NCBI RefSeq assembly: GCF_009914755.1
Contig: NC_060935.1
Direction: 5' to 3' (one strand)
DNA: 64,000 nt
Source: the human T2T-CHM13v2.0 reference genome, Homo sapiens
The notes beneath the pieces are model-generated. The model saw nothing but the letters and a program-made list of their open reading frames with translations, had not been told where the DNA came from and searched no databases. This document shows, in pieces, positions 15,932 to 31,660 of the stretch; the first letter of the stretch is position 1; every line of letters begins with the position of its first letter. Both the position numbers and the translations under genes were made by a program.

Positions 15932-16048
15932 CATCTGTCTCTTTCTTCTTCCTCCTTGTGATTCCAGAGATTTTCCGGGTGTGTTCACAGGCCATACTCT
16001 TCCAGACTGATCTGTTCTGACAAGGATTACTTCTTGCTGGTCTTCATT
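15932..16048 (-). CDS. CWF19L2: CWF19L2 coding exon (117 nt, probably exon 11)
   Basis: tttttatag|AAT GAA ... CAG ATG|gtatgt. Encodes [39 protein letters not shown]. Confidence 0.95.
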
Positions 16049-16695
16049 CTATAAAAAGATTTAGAGATAACTATTGAAATTATTGTGAAGAATGTTGAAT
16101 GTTTTTATTTAATAACAAAAAAAGCATTAAAATGATTAACGTTTCCACATAACGTTGTGGATTGCCTTAAATCTCCTGGATTTTCATTACTCTCTATACT
16201 ATAAAATGAACATAATCTTTTGGGGAAAGGGTAAAAAATACCCAATGTTTATTTTAGTATTTTTAAAAAAGCAATCAAGAGAAGAAAATTTCAAATAAAA
16301 TTTTCATCTAGACAATATTAAAAGATGACGAAGTATCAATAGTCCATGTGCCCATCACTTATGCAGTAGATGTAATGTTTTTTAAATTTAAAGATCCTAT
16401 TAAAATCTGATTATAAGAAATAAAACAACTAAAGACAAACTTGCTAAATTAGCAAATATAATGATACTACCCGTAACTTCTATTCTTTCTATTAATAGCC
16501 TTCAAATGCTTTTCAGTTTTCTGACTCTTCAGAAGGAATTATATCCCACACACTTTCAAGCCATATTTTTCTTACAAACTTTTGGCCAAATATAAACCTG
16601 GCACAGTACAGAATAAGAGTAAACTTTATTCTCTAATGGAAATGGAATGTTATTGGAAGGATTCTAATAATCATTAAAGAATATTAGAGAATGAC

Positions 16696-17200
16696 AAAGG
16701 AAAAGAAATTGTTATATCAAAAAGACACCTGCACTTGTATGTTTATCCCAGCACTATTCACACAATTGCCAAGTCATGGAATCAACTGAAGTGTCCACTA
16801 ATGGATGATTGAAAAGAGAAAATGTGGTGTATACATGCCATGGAATACTACACAATCACACAAAAAACAGAAATGTCTTTCACAGCAGCATGGATGGAGC
16901 TAGAGGCAATTATCCTAAGTGAAATAACTCAGGAAATCAAATACTGCATGTTCTCACTTAACAGTGGGAACTAAACAATGGGTACACATGGACATAAAGA
17001 GGGAAATAATAGACACTGTAGTCTCCAAAAGCAGGGAGGATGGAAAGGGAGTAATGGCTGAAAAAATTACCTATTGGGAACAATTTTTATTATTCAGGTG
17101 ATGGGTAGAAGCCCAAACCTCACCATTATGCAATATATCCCTGTAAAAAACCTGCATATGCAACCCCTGAATCTATTTTTTAAAAATTAAAAACAAAAAT
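16696..17200 (+). mobile_element. L1PB4/L1PA16-like 3' end
   Basis: aaaagacacctgcacttgtatgtttatc...agaagcccaaacctcaccattatgcaatatatcc...cccctgaatcta. Confidence 0.75.
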
Positions 17201-18198
17201 AATATTAAGGAATAATCATTAAAAATCCATTTGAAACAAGACCAAGCAAAATATTCACATTATAGTTTTCTTCTCAATTGGAATCAACTATAGAAAAAAT
17301 CAATCCCAATTCCATTTAATAGATGTTAGTTCCCCTGCTGAAATGGAAGAAAAATAATATATACCTATTATTGATCTTACATTCACACACAATACTAAAT
17401 TGATATAAAAGATTATCATTACTTTTCTTCCTCAATAAATAAACGAACATTAATGAAGTGCCATCTTTTAAAAGATCTTTCTACTCACTCCCTTACCAGA
17501 TAGTAGAGATAGGCAACACATTATAAGCTGGCATCTAACTTTACCACACTGATAAAGCTGGTCTCCCTAAGGACTTTCAAAATACTAAGTCCAATACATA
17601 ATTATTAAATTGTCATCTTCCCTGATTTGAAAGCATTTGGTTCTGTTTATTACATTCTCTAGCCTGAAATTTTTCTTATTTCAGTTTTAAACACTCTACT
17701 CTCTCCTGGTTCTGCCTTTACCTCTCTGACACATTCATTCATTATTCATTCATTCATCAAATATTTCTGAAATATCTATTTAATCTTAGGAGTTAAAAGA
17801 AATCTAACACCTGCCTTGTATAAGCTTATGGCCTAGTGGGGAAACTACTCCCCACATGAATTATTAATATAAACAAAGTCACCTTCACTTTCTCCTTCAT
17901 TTCCAGCTACCCCTCAAATGCTGATGATTCCAGGGTTCCTTGGTTTCCAGCCCTTCAGCCTGAAACCTAATCATCACCCATATTGCAAAAAAAATTCACC
18001 GTGTTAAAAACAAATATAATCATGCTATTCTTTGCTTAAAAATCTGCAGGGAACATTTATCACCAGAACATCAATACCACTGCAAGTATGGCCCACAGAC
18101 CATCCCAAGTCCAATAATTACTAGACATTAAATATTTGTTACTAATCCATGATGAGGTAAGTATAGAAACTGAGTGTTTTATAGCAATTGTATAGAAC

Positions 18199-18565
18199 TG
18201 ATATGGTTTGCCTCCATGTCCCCACCCAAATCTCATCTTGTAGCTCCCATAATTTCCACGTGTTGTAGGAGGGACCCGGTGGGAGATGACTGAATCATGG
18301 GGGCAGGTCTTTCCTGTGCTGTTCTCGTGATAGTGAATGGATCTCATGAGATCTGACAGTTTTAAAAACGGGAATTTCTCCACACAAGCTCTCTCTTTCC
18401 CTGCTGCCATCCACGTAAGATGTGACTTGCTCCTCCTTGCCTTCAGCCATGACTGTGAGGCCTCCCCAGCCATGTGGAACTGTAAGTCCAATTAAACCTC
18501 TTTCTTTTGTAAATTGCCCAGTTTCGGGTATGTCTTTATCAGCAGCATGAAAACAGACAAATACA
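18199..18565 (+). mobile_element. THE1A solo LTR
   Basis: tgatatggtttg...catccacgtaagatgtgacttgctcctcc...aataca; TSD agaac / agaat. Confidence 0.88.
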
Positions 18566-19796
18566 AGAATCACTTTATGTTGGTTCAACCTAAATAAAAA
18601 CTTGGGACTTTATTTCATTTATCTTTATTTCATTTTTCTATGATTATTTTTTATTGTATTTTATAAAACTATTAATCCATCATGGTCTGTAAAATTTTAA
18701 AATATATATAAACAACCCTGATCCTACACCATAGTCTAAATAGTGAAATAAAGGTAAAGCATTTTCACACAGTATACAAAGCCTTCAAATTCTGGCCCTA
18801 GATTTTTCTAGTTCCTTGTAATTTTTGTAAACGTACTGTAAATTTTATTTCTTCTGCGTGGAACAATTATCCCTTCTTGCTCAACTAGGAAATTGAGAAT
18901 TTAGTCACAGCCAATGCTCTGTTCCCAATAATTTTTGGCACATGTATGTTACTAGACTGTAATATTTTCAGTAACTATTTGTCTATATTTATCTCTTTTT
19001 GCAGGACAAAGACTAAGCTATACACTACTGGTACCTATAGGACCTGTCACAGTGTCAAACAATAATGGGAATTCAATAAATGCTTGATAAATGTTATTAC
19101 AAGCTGGCACCTCAGACAGATTAATTGTATCCCAAAACTAACCCACTTTCCCCTTCAGTGAGCTCTTTCCTCCCTTTGCCAACTTTCTGTTCCTTAGGAC
19201 TGCCAATACGTAAGACCCCAAGTTGCTCCATTTTGGGTACGCAAGACAGAGTGCATCTAACCACCTACATGGCATTAAAATACGAGACAGAAATGAAAAG
19301 TTCACTCTACACAGAAAATATGCAAAAACATTTTCATTATCCATGTAATTTTGTAATTTATCTCAAAAGAAACCAGAAACACTTCTTGATATAACTAAAA
19401 AGCATTTATAAACTCTTTCCATTTTCATAAGAATGCCAAATGCTCCAGGTTTTTAAATTATCCCCAACAATTACAGTTTGCTCTGGAGGACTTTTTATTT
19501 TAAAAACATCAAAACTGATAATTTGTTAAAGCATTTTATAAGGACACTTTAATTAACAAATCCCAAAATGCTCTGGGATCATTTACTCATTAATCCATAA
19601 AAGAACCTTCTGGCTGACAAAAATCATGGATTCTTATTTTAAAGGAAGAAAGGAGAAAACAAAACACTTTATATAAAGCTACAAAATCAGTTTGCTAACA
19701 TAACCAGAATAAACCTTCCCTGTTGGTATCTATAGTATTTGTGAGATAATAAATTTCTCCCACAAGTGCATATCATTTTTATAGTAATAAAAATTG

Positions 19797-22700
19797 AGGA
19801 TTCAAGAGACCGTGGCAGACACAAGGCAAGACTAGATTGTAGCTCTGGACAGAGCAGCATGCAGGGGCTTGCATTGTGGATTTTAGCTCCAGATTGACTG
19901 TAAGAACAAACCAGCAATCCCGAGAGGACCCACAGACCCTCTCTGAAGGAAGCAGACTGCTACTCCTGCAGGACCCAGGAGACACCCCAAATACTGTGAG
20001 TCCCCCAACTGTGGAAGTGGGAACACACTTCCTCCCGAACATACCCCCCAACTGGAGAAGTTGAAGGTCTGTTTGCAGGAGAAGTTTTCGACTTTACTTG
20101 GAGTTGAGTCAAGTTAGGGGGCCAAGTGAAATACAGGGGTAGAGGAAGGAGCAGAAAGGCCCTGGGATCTCGCTGGGTCCCCAAACAGCCCGTTCCTGCC
20201 TGGCACCACAGGGATCCAACAGGAGGGTGGCCAGAGGAGCAGGGAGTAAAACTCCACAGGGAAAAGGAATTATCTAGCGGAACTTTGTAACAATTTGAAC
20301 AGGGTGAGAAACCTCCTGGCCAGAACTCAAGGGAGGGCACAAATCCTGCGTACAGACTTCACAGGCAGGGTAAGAACTAAAGCCCTTTTCTCTCGCAGCT
20401 GGAAGGCAGATATCCTCAGGTATGTTTTCAAGCCCACCTTGCCCTCAGCCTGGAAACAGACTCCACGCTGTTGGTGGGGGCACAGTGAGAGTGAGACTGG
20501 CCCTTCAGTTTGCATGGGAGCTGGGTGAGGCCTGTGACTGCCAGCTTTCCCCCACTTCCCTGACAACCTGCATGACTCAGCAGAGGCAGCCATAATCCTA
20601 ATAATAGGTAACACAACTCTAGTGACCTGGGAATCTCATCCCATCCCCCACAGCAGCCCCAGCAAGACGCGCCCACGGAGAGTCTGAGCTCAGGCAGGCC
20701 TAGCCCCGCCCCCACCTGATGATCCTTCCCAATCCACTCTGGTAGTGGAAGACAAAGGGCATACAACCTTGGGAGTTCTAGGGCCTCACCCACCACCAGT
20801 CTCTCTCCACCCTACTACAGCTGATGCTCTCTGGAAAGTGCCACCTCCTGGCAGGAGGCCAACCAGCACAAAAATGGAGAATTAAACCACCAAAGCTAAG
20901 AACCCTCACGGAGTTCACTGCACCCTCTGTCACATCCACCAGAACAAGCAGCTGGTATCCATAGCTGAGAGACCCATAGACAGTTCACATCACAGGACTC
21001 TGTGAAAACCCCCCGTACCAGCCCATAGCCAGGTAAACTTGCTGGGTGGCTAGACCCAGAAGACAGACAACAAACACTGCAGTCGGGTTCACAGGAAGCC
21101 ACATCCATAGGAAAAGGCGGAGATTATTACATCAAGGGAATACCCCATGGGACAAAAGAATCTAAACAATAGCCTTCAAATAGCCTTCAGCCCTAGACCT
21201 TCCCTTTGACACAGCCTACCCAAATGAGAAGGAACCAGAAAACCAACCCTGGTAATATGACAAAACAAGGCTCTTCAACGCCTCCCAAAAATCACACTAG
21301 TTCGCCAGCAATGGATCCAAACCAAGAAGAAATCCCTGATTTCTAACCTGAAAAAGAATTCAGGAAATTAGTTATTAAGCTAATCAGGGAGGGACCAGAG
21401 AAAGGCAAAGCCCAATGCAAGAAAATCTGAAACATGATACAAGACGTGAAGGAAAAAATATTCAAGGAAATAGATAGCTTAAAGAAAACACAATTAAAAA
21501 TTCAGGAAACTTTGGACACACTTTTAGAAATGCAAAATGCTGTGGAAAGTCTCAACAACAAAATTGAACAAGTAGAAAAAAGAAATCCAGAGCTTGAAGA
21601 CAAGGTCTTCAAATTAACCCAATCCAACTAAGACAAAGACAAAAAACTAAGAAAATATGAACAAAGGCTCCAAGAAGTCTGGGATTATGTTAATCAACCA
21701 AACCTAAGAATAATCGGTATACCTGAGGAAGAAGAGAATTCTAAAAGCCCGGAAAACATATTTGGTGGAATAATCAAGGAAAACTTTCCCAGCCTTGTGA
21801 GAGACGTAGACAGCCAAATACAAGAAGCACAAAGAATACCTGGGAAATTCATCACAAAAACATCTTTGCCTAGGCACACTGTCATCAGGTTATCCCAAGT
21901 TAAGATGAAGGAAAGAATCTTAAGAGCTGTGAGACAGAAGCACCAGGTAACCTATAAAGGAAAACCCATCAGATCAACAGCAGATTTCTCAGCGGAAACC
22001 CTATAAGCTAGAAGGGATTGGGGACCTATCTTCAGCCTCCTCAAACAAAACATTTATCAGCCAAGAATTTTGTATCCAGCAAAACTAAGCATGATATATG
22101 AAGGAAAGACACAGTTGTTTTCAGACACACAAACACTGACTGAGAGAATTCGCCATTACCAAACCACCACCTTTTGCATGGTTTTGAAGGTTCCTTTTGC
22201 TAAAAGGAGCTCTAAATCTTGAAACAAATCTTTTACACCAAAACAGAACCTCTTTAAAGCATAAATTACACAGGACCTATAAAACAAAAAATACAAGTTA
22301 AAAGGCAAAAACAAAAACAAAAGTACACAGGCAACAAAGAGCATAAGAAAAGTAACGGTACCTCACCTTTCAATGCTAACATCGAATGAATGTAAATGGC
22401 CTAAATGCTCCACTTAAAAGATACGGAATCACAGAATGGATAAGAACTCACCAACCAACTATGTGCCACCTTCAGGAAACTCACCTAACACATAAGGACT
22501 TACATAAACTTAAAATAAAGGGATGGAAAAAGGCATTTCACACAAATGGACACCAAAAGTGAGGAGGAGTAGCTATTCTTATATCAGACAAAACAAACTT
22601 TAAAGCAACGGCAGTTAAAAGAGACAAAGAGGGACAGTATATAATGGTAAAAGGCCTTGTCCAACAGGAAAATATCACAATCCTAAACATATATGTGCCT

Positions 22701-25700
22701 AACACTGGTGCTCCCAAATTTATAAAACAATAGACCTAAGAAATTAGATAGACAGCAAAAAAGTAAAAGTGGGGGACTTCAATACTCCACTGATAGCCCT
22801 AGATAGGTCATCAAGACAGAAAGTCAACAAAGAAACAACGAATTTAAACTATACCTTGGAACAAATGGATTTAACAGATATATACAGGACATTTCATCCA
22901 GCAACTGCAGCATACACATTCTATTCAACAGCACATGGAACTTTCTCCAAGATAGACCATTTGATAGGCCATAAAATGAGCCTAGATAAATTTAAGAAAA
23001 TTGAAACTATATCAAGCACTCTTTCAGACCACAGTGGAATAAAACTGGAAATTAACTCCAAAAGGAACCTTCAAAACGATCCAAATATAGGGAAATTAAA
23101 TAACCTGCTCCTGAATGAGCACTGGGTCAAAAACAAAATCAAGATAGAAATTTAAAAAATTCTTTGAACTGAAAGACGGTAATGACACAACCTATCAAAA
23201 CCTCTGGGATACAGCAAAGGCAGTGCTAAGAGAAAAGTTCATAGCCCTAAACGCCTATATCAAAAGTCTGAAAGTGCACAAACTGACATTCTAAGGTCAC
23301 ACCTCAAGGAACCAGAGAAAAAAGAACAAACCAAACCCAAACCCAGCAGAAAAAATGAAATAACCAAGATCAGAGCAGAACTAAATGAAATTGAAAAAAA
23401 CAAACCAACCACAAAAGATAAATGAAATAAAAAGCTGGTTCTTCAAAAAGATAAATAAAATTGATACACTATTAGCAATATTAACCAAGAAGAGAGAAAA
23501 TCCAAATAACCTTACTAAGAAACAAAAAAAGAGATATTACAATTAACACCACTGAAATACAAAAGATCATTCAAAGCTACTATGAACACTTTTATGTACA
23601 TAAACTAGAAAACCTAGAAGAGATGGATAAATTCCTGGAAGAATACAACCCTCCTAGCTTAAATCAGGAAGAATTAGACACCCTGAACAGACCAATAACA
23701 AGCAGTGAGACTGAAATGGTAATTTAAAAATTAACAACAAAAAAAAGTCCAGGACCAGAAGGATTCACAGATGAATTCTACCAGACATTCAAAGAAGAAT
23801 TGGTACCAATCCTTTTGACACTATTTCACAAGATAGAGAAAGAAGGAACCCTCCCTAATTCATTCTGTGAAGCCAGCATCACCCTAATACCAAAACCAGG
23901 AAAGGACATAGCCAAAAAAGAAAACTACAGACTGATATCCTTGATGAACACAGATGTTAAAATCCTTAACAAAATACTAGCTAACCGAATCCAATGACAT
24001 ATCAAAAAGATAATCCACCATGATCAAGTGGGTTTTATACCAGGGATGTAGGGATGGTTTAACATACACAAGTCAATAAATGTGATACACCACATAAAGA
24101 GAATTAAAAACAAAAATCACATGATCATCTCAATAGATGCAGAAAAAGCATTTGACAAAATCCAGCATCCCTATATTATTAAAACTCTCAGCAAAATCAA
24201 CATACAAGGGACATACCTTAATGTAATAAAGGCCATCTATGACAAACCCACAGCCAACATAATACTGAATGGTGAAAAGTTGAAAGCATTCTCTCTGAGA
24301 ACTGGAGCAAGACAAGGATGCTCACTCTCACCACTCCTCTTCAACACAGTACTGGAAGCCCTAGCCAGAGCAATCAGACAAGAGAAAGAAACAAAGGGCA
24401 TCCAAATTGGTAAAGAGGAAGTCAAACTGTCACTGTTTGCTGACGATATGATTGTTTACCTTGAAAACCCTAAGGACTCCTCCAGAAAGCTTCTAGAACT
24501 GATAAAAGAATGCAGCAAAGTTTCTGGATACAAGATTAATGTACCACAAATCAGTAGCTCTTCTACACACCAACAGCGAACAAGCAGAGAATCAAATCAA
24601 GAACTCAACCCCTGTTACAATAGCTGCAAAAATAAAAATAAAAATAAAAATAAAATACTTAGGAATATACCTAACAAAAGAGTCAAAAGGCCTCTACAAG
24701 GAAAACTACAAAACACTGCTGAAAGAAATCACAGACGACACAAACAAATAGAATCACATCCCTTGCTCATGGGTGAGTAGAATCAATATTGTGAAAATGA
24801 CCATACTGCCAAAAGCAATCTACAAATTCAACACAATCCCCATCAGAATACCACCATCACTCTTCACAGAATTAGAAAAAAACAATTCTAAAATTCATAG
24901 AAACTAAAAAATGGCCCACATAGCCAAAGCAAGGCTAAGAAAAAGAACAAATCTGGAAGCATCACACTACCTGATTTCAAACTATACTATAAGGCCATAG
25001 TCACCAAAACAGCATGGTACTGGTATAAAAATAGGCATATGGACCAATGTAACAGAATAGAGAACCCAGAAATAAACCCAAATACTTAAAGCCAACTGAC
25101 CTTCGACAAATCAAACAAAAACATAAAGTGGGGAAAGGACGCCCTTTTCAACAAATGGTGCTGGGATAGCTGGCTAGCCACATGTAGGAGAATGAAACTG
25201 GATGCTCATCTCTCACTTTATACAAAAATCAACTCAAGATAGATTAAGGACTTAAACCTAAGACCTGAAACTATAAAAATTCTAGAAGATAACACTGGAA
25301 AAACCCTTCTAGACATTGGCTTAGGAAAGCATTTCATGACCAAGAACCCAAAAGTAAATGCAATAAAAACAAAGAAAAATAGCTGGGACCTATTAAACTA
25401 AAGAGCTTTTGCACAGCAAAAGGAACAGTCAGCAAAGTAAACAGACAATCCACAGAGTGGGAGAAAATCTTCACAACCTATACACCTGACAGAGGACTAA
25501 TATCCAGAATCTACAACGAACTCAAACAAATCAGTAAGAAAAAAAAAAAAACTCATCAAAAAGTGGGCTAAGGATATGAATAGACAATTCTCAAAAGGAG
25601 ATATACAAATGGCCAACAAACATATGAAAAAATGCTCAACATCACTAATGATCAGGGGAACACAAATCAAATCCACAATGCAATACCACTTTACTCCTGA

Positions 25701-26021
25701 AAGAATGAGCATAATCAAAAAATCGAAAAACAGTAGATGTCAGCGTGGATGCGGTGAACAAGGAACACTTCTACACTGCTAGTGGGAATGTAAACTAGTA
25801 CAGCCACTATGGAAAACAGTGTGGAGATTCCTTAAAGAACTAAAAGTAGAACTGCCATTTGATCCAGCAATCCCACTACTGGGTATCTATCCAAAGGAAA
25901 AGAAGTCATTATTTGAAAAAGATACTTGTACACGCATGTTTATTGCAGCACAATTCACAACTGCAAAATCAGAGAACCAACCCAAATGCCCATCAATCAA
26001 CGAGTGGATAAACAAACTGTG

Positions 26022-26060
<39 letters not shown>

Positions 26061-26416
26061 GGAATACTATGCAGCCATAAAAAGGAATGAATTTATAGCA
26101 TTTGTGATGACCTGGATGAGACTGGAGACTATTATTCTAAGTGATGTAACTCAGGAATGGAAAACCAAACATCATATATTTTCACTGATATGTAGGAGCT
26201 AAGCTGTGAGAGGATGCAAAGGGATAAGAATGATACAATGCACTTTGGGGACTTTAGGGAAAGAGTGTGAAGGGGGTGAGGGATAAAAGACTACAAATAT
26301 GGTCCAGTGTATACTGCTTGAGTGATGGGTGCACAAAATCTCACAAATCATCACTAAAGAACTTACTCATGTAACCAAATACCACTGGTATAAAAAAAAA
26401 TTAAAATTAAAAAAAA
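19797..26416 (+). mobile_element. Full-length inactivated L1PB1 (5'UTR, ORF1, ORF2, 3'UTR)
   Basis: L1PBa-type 5'UTR; ORF1 remnants (21434.., 21797..); EN motifs GDFNTPL and SDHSGI; RT FADD at 24436-47; many stops and frameshifts; L1PB1 3'UTR gggataaaagactacaaat...ctaaagaacttactcatgtaacc. No convincing TSD. Confidence 0.9.
26027..26058. repeat. (TA)n microsatellite inside L1PB1 ORF2
   Basis: Direct reading. Confidence 0.9.
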
Positions 26417-26486
26417 CTGTATTTATCTGCAAAAGACACTTCAGAGTCCAGTCATTCTAAATTTTCATTTACCCTAACAGGTATTT

Positions 26487-27807
<1,321 letters not shown>

Positions 27808-28165
27808 TTAAAACTTAACTGTCTTCCCCACCTTTCCAGACCAAAGACCAAGCTGTATACTGTTTTGTATTGATAGGACCTAGCACAGTGTCAAATAGTG
27901 GGTACTCAATAAATGCTTGATAAATGAAATGAACAAGCTGGTGCCTCAGACAGGTTCATTATACACCCAAAGCTAACCCACTTTCCCCTCTACTTTCCTC
28001 TTCTACTCACTTCTCTACTTTCTGTTCCTTAGGCCTGCCAATACAAATCACACTGTTTTGCCACTTTGAGTAACCAAGACAGAAATATTGAGGAGCTCAG
28101 AAACAATGAGCAAGTTCCCAATTTGCCATCACATTAATACAGAATATGAGGCTTAAGAATCTGTA

Positions 28166-28497
28166 TCAGTGTCAACAACCTATGGGCCACAGGCCAACTC
28201 CAGTCTTGTGCTTGTTTTTAGTCATCCCATAAGCTGAGGATGGTCTTTATATTGTTAAATGGCTGGGGGAAATCAAAACAATAGTATTTCATGACAGATT
28301 AAAATTCTACGCAATTCTAATTTTCGTGACCATAAATAAGGTTTTATTGGAACACAACCATGCTCATTCATTTATGTGTTATCTATGGCTGCCTTCATGA
28401 TACAACAACAGTTGAATAGTTGTGGCACAGATTGTACAGCACACAAAATCTAAAATATTTACTATTTGGTCTCTACAGAAAAGTCTGCCAATCTTGG
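28166..28497 (+). mobile_element. MER58B
   Basis: ataaataaggttttattggaacacaaccatgctcattcattt...aaaatatttactatttgg...gaaaagtctgccaatc. Confidence 0.75.
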
Positions 28498-29829
28498 TTC
28501 TATACTATTATTTAGCTAATAAAACTAATTCAAAATCACTTTATTGATTTTTCCTACTACCTGATAACAAGCAAGATTAAAACTTGCAGTTGCTTAATAG
28601 TATTACACAAGATCCATGTTGGTAACAATTAGGGTAAGAGAACAGGACCTGGTACTCTTATTTTGTTAAAATATCTATGCTTGACTTCCATTTCAGGCCA
28701 TGATGAACTAACAAAAAAAACAGTATAACCTGCTGCTGTTTAAAAAAACTAGACAACAGGACAAATACATGAAACAACCACTTTTAGACATTGACCTCGA
28801 GAAGAGTATAATCCCTAAAAGAAGGGAAAGAAATGAGATGAGCCCTAGGATGGCCACAGCTTTCTACTAAGAGGCAGTTCATAGACTGCAGTACAAAGGA
28901 ATTTAATCAGACCTTCCTTGCTGACTAAATTGGGATATATTTTAACAAGATGTTGGAAGTAAGAGAAAAACTAGCAAAGAATATGAAGCAAGCCAAAAAA
29001 AAAAAAAGAAGAAGAAGAAGAAGATAATGCAAATTAAGAAATTTTATTTATTTACATAAAAGAAAGGCAATTATACTATTTGGCCTAACAGTATCTATTT
29101 ACTGGATCAAGAGATAACTTAATTAAAAAATATAGAAGTAAAGCAAAGGAAACAACTAAGAACCAAAGTGGCTTCCACCAGGATTGGAAGAAAGTCTGGA
29201 AAAAGCTCACGACATTGTTATTATTTGGTATAGCAGGCCTAGCACTACTTGTATGTAATACGCTGATTAAAAAGAAAAGGAAAAAGCACACACTGCTTTG
29301 ATTCAAAGCTACTATTAAAAAGTGTAAATGTTTGAAAGCCTTTTCTAGCATTGGGAAATAAAGCAAAACTCTCCTACTAAATCAGATTTTCCTATCAGTG
29401 GTCTACAAACTTCCAGAGTTCATGATGGTAGCCTGCAAGTTTGTTATCACTGAATGCCATAAAGCATGTTTCAACTTTTATCTTTTAAAATTTCCATAAT
29501 CACTTTTTACTATTCTTAGTATTTTCATGGCTTTTGAATAATTTCTACTTTATCTCTAATTATGTCCACAAGTTGTTCCCTACACACAAGTACCTGGCCA
29601 AGGCAGTGGGTGGACTGAACACCAAGCTACACTCTGATAACTGAGATGTATGTCCTAGCCCAAGGCTACTATTTAATTTGTACAAAAGCATTCACAGGAC
29701 TGCATCTGCCCAAAGGAGACATCTTTTTCTAACTCCATGAAGGCATCATATAGGCGCAATGCAGCCCTTTTAAAAATGTTTTTAAATTCTCAATTCTGTC
29801 CATACTGTCCCACTTTTATAATATACTAT

Positions 29830-30020
29830 TGTGTTTTCCTTTTTTTTTTTTTAGATTGGCCTTCTTAGAGGCTATTAACTTTTTTCAAAGAATAAACTCT
29901 TGGGTTTTTAAAAAATCATTTCTATTTATTTTTTATTTTCTATTTTAGTAATTTCAGTTTTTAATCTATCCTTTGTATATCGTATCTACTCTTTGTTATG
30001 TTCTCTCTTATCTCTTCTGT
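29830..30020 (-). mobile_element. Old L1M ORF2 fragment
   Basis: T-rich ttttcaaagaataaactcttggg...tttctatttt, typical of antisense L1. Confidence 0.5.
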
Positions 30021-31349
30021 GTTACTATTGGCTAATGCCACAGACATTATTACTAATTATTAATAAATAGCTATATTAATTATAACTTAACTTTCTGTTA
30101 AAGAATGACACACAGATTATTTACTATTTTTGAGTAGACAAGACCATAATAAATATTATAAGATTTTTCTATGATTCACTGTGATATAGCAAGTGTTTTT
30201 CTTTTCTTTCCTTTTTTTCAGTATTCTGGAGTTTCACTCAACTAATTTTTTCTCTTCCTCATCAATCTTCATTAACAACTGTCTACTATAATTATTCTAG
30301 TCAGAACCTCTTGGTACCTGCATATTTATGCACTATGAAATTGAAAACTGTATTTTCAGTTTTTATAAAGCACATTAAATTTGATTTCTATCTTCAACAA
30401 TCTGTTATGCAGTCTACAATATGGTTAATTTTAAAACATGTACAAGGATAAAACTTACCTTGGGTTTGTTTTTTTTCCACTTAAAATGTTTTCCCTTTAA
30501 ACTGCAAATATATAATTATGTGACATCGTCCCTCCATCTAACCCTTCCCCCTACCAAAAAAAAAAAATTCTGGAAACAGAACATATATGAATTCATCCGT
30601 CCAAGACAAAACCTAAGTCTCAAATGCTACTGAACAGTATAAGGACTCAGTATTTTTCATATGCAGTAATATTTCATTTTTCCCTTAAATTTAACAACAG
30701 AAAAGGGAATTAAATGCTAATAGTAGAGTTAGTGAGAAAAAAATAATGAGCATTTGAGGGAATAGAAGCAAACTGAGGAAGGAGAGAGGCTGCTGCTGGG
30801 TCCCTCTCTAAGGAAATCAATTAGTTGTGGCTTCAGTATCTGTTACAGAGCCCTGTTCAAAGTTTGAGATAGTCTATGACATAATTCTTCATCCCAAAAT
30901 TAGATCATTAATAAATATATAATCATAACTATCCAAAACAACTACTCTACAATTTCTCCAAATTAGACCTGAGAAAATACTGTTCATAACACAATAAAAA
31001 AAATTTTTTAACTACCCCAGAAAGCATTGAGAATTAAATACATCCTATAGTCATATGAGTGGGTGTTTCCTATTCCATGACTGAAGCCTACAGGTCAACA
31101 CTCCCAGCTAGGATAATACCATGCTAAAGATTATTTTTCTGGTAAACAAATAAGGCTTACAGATAGTAGTCATAAATAGAATAGCTTTTCCTTTGGCAAA
31201 GTTACAAAATGGTAACAGGATCCCAAAATAATGGCTATAGCCTCAGAACATTCTCTGGATGCCCAGATTGCACTAGGCCCTGTTCAATACCTCCATATTT
31301 CTATACTTTTCCTTTGAAGGACCGTCAAAGGACTGTAATTATATATTTA

Positions 31350-31660
31350 TATAATTAATCTTATTTGTATGTTCTCTTTCCTGAAAGAAAGCTTTTATAA
31401 GGAGTATATGATGTCTGAATTAAGATCTCAAGGATATACAGAAGGTAACTACATGAAAAATACTCTAGGCAAAGAAAGACTGTAAAGGCACTGAGGCAGG
31501 AGGGAAAATAGCTACTTAGGAGGTCAAGACAAGAGATGATGGTCATCTTAGTGTGGTAGATATAAAAAACAAAGAGGAGGGTTAAGAAATATTTAGCAGG
31601 TAAAATTGTCACCATTTCACGATGAATTTTATGTGAGGTATGAGACTAGAGAACAGACAG
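31350..31660 (-). mobile_element. L2 fragment
   Basis: gtaaaggcactgaggcaggag...aagagatgatggtcatcttagtgtgg...gaaatatttagcaggtaaaat. Confidence 0.5.

Noticed and set aside
18060-18588. 143-aa and 97-aa minus-strand ORFs
   Set aside because: Antisense translations of the THE1A LTR.
19687-21108. Cluster of ORFs in GC-richer DNA that looks promoter-like
   Set aside because: This is the L1PB1 5'UTR; it is CpG-depleted and not a CpG island.
29085-29366. 93-aa hydrophobic minus-strand ORF
   Set aside because: T-rich compositional ORF with no convincing homology or donor.
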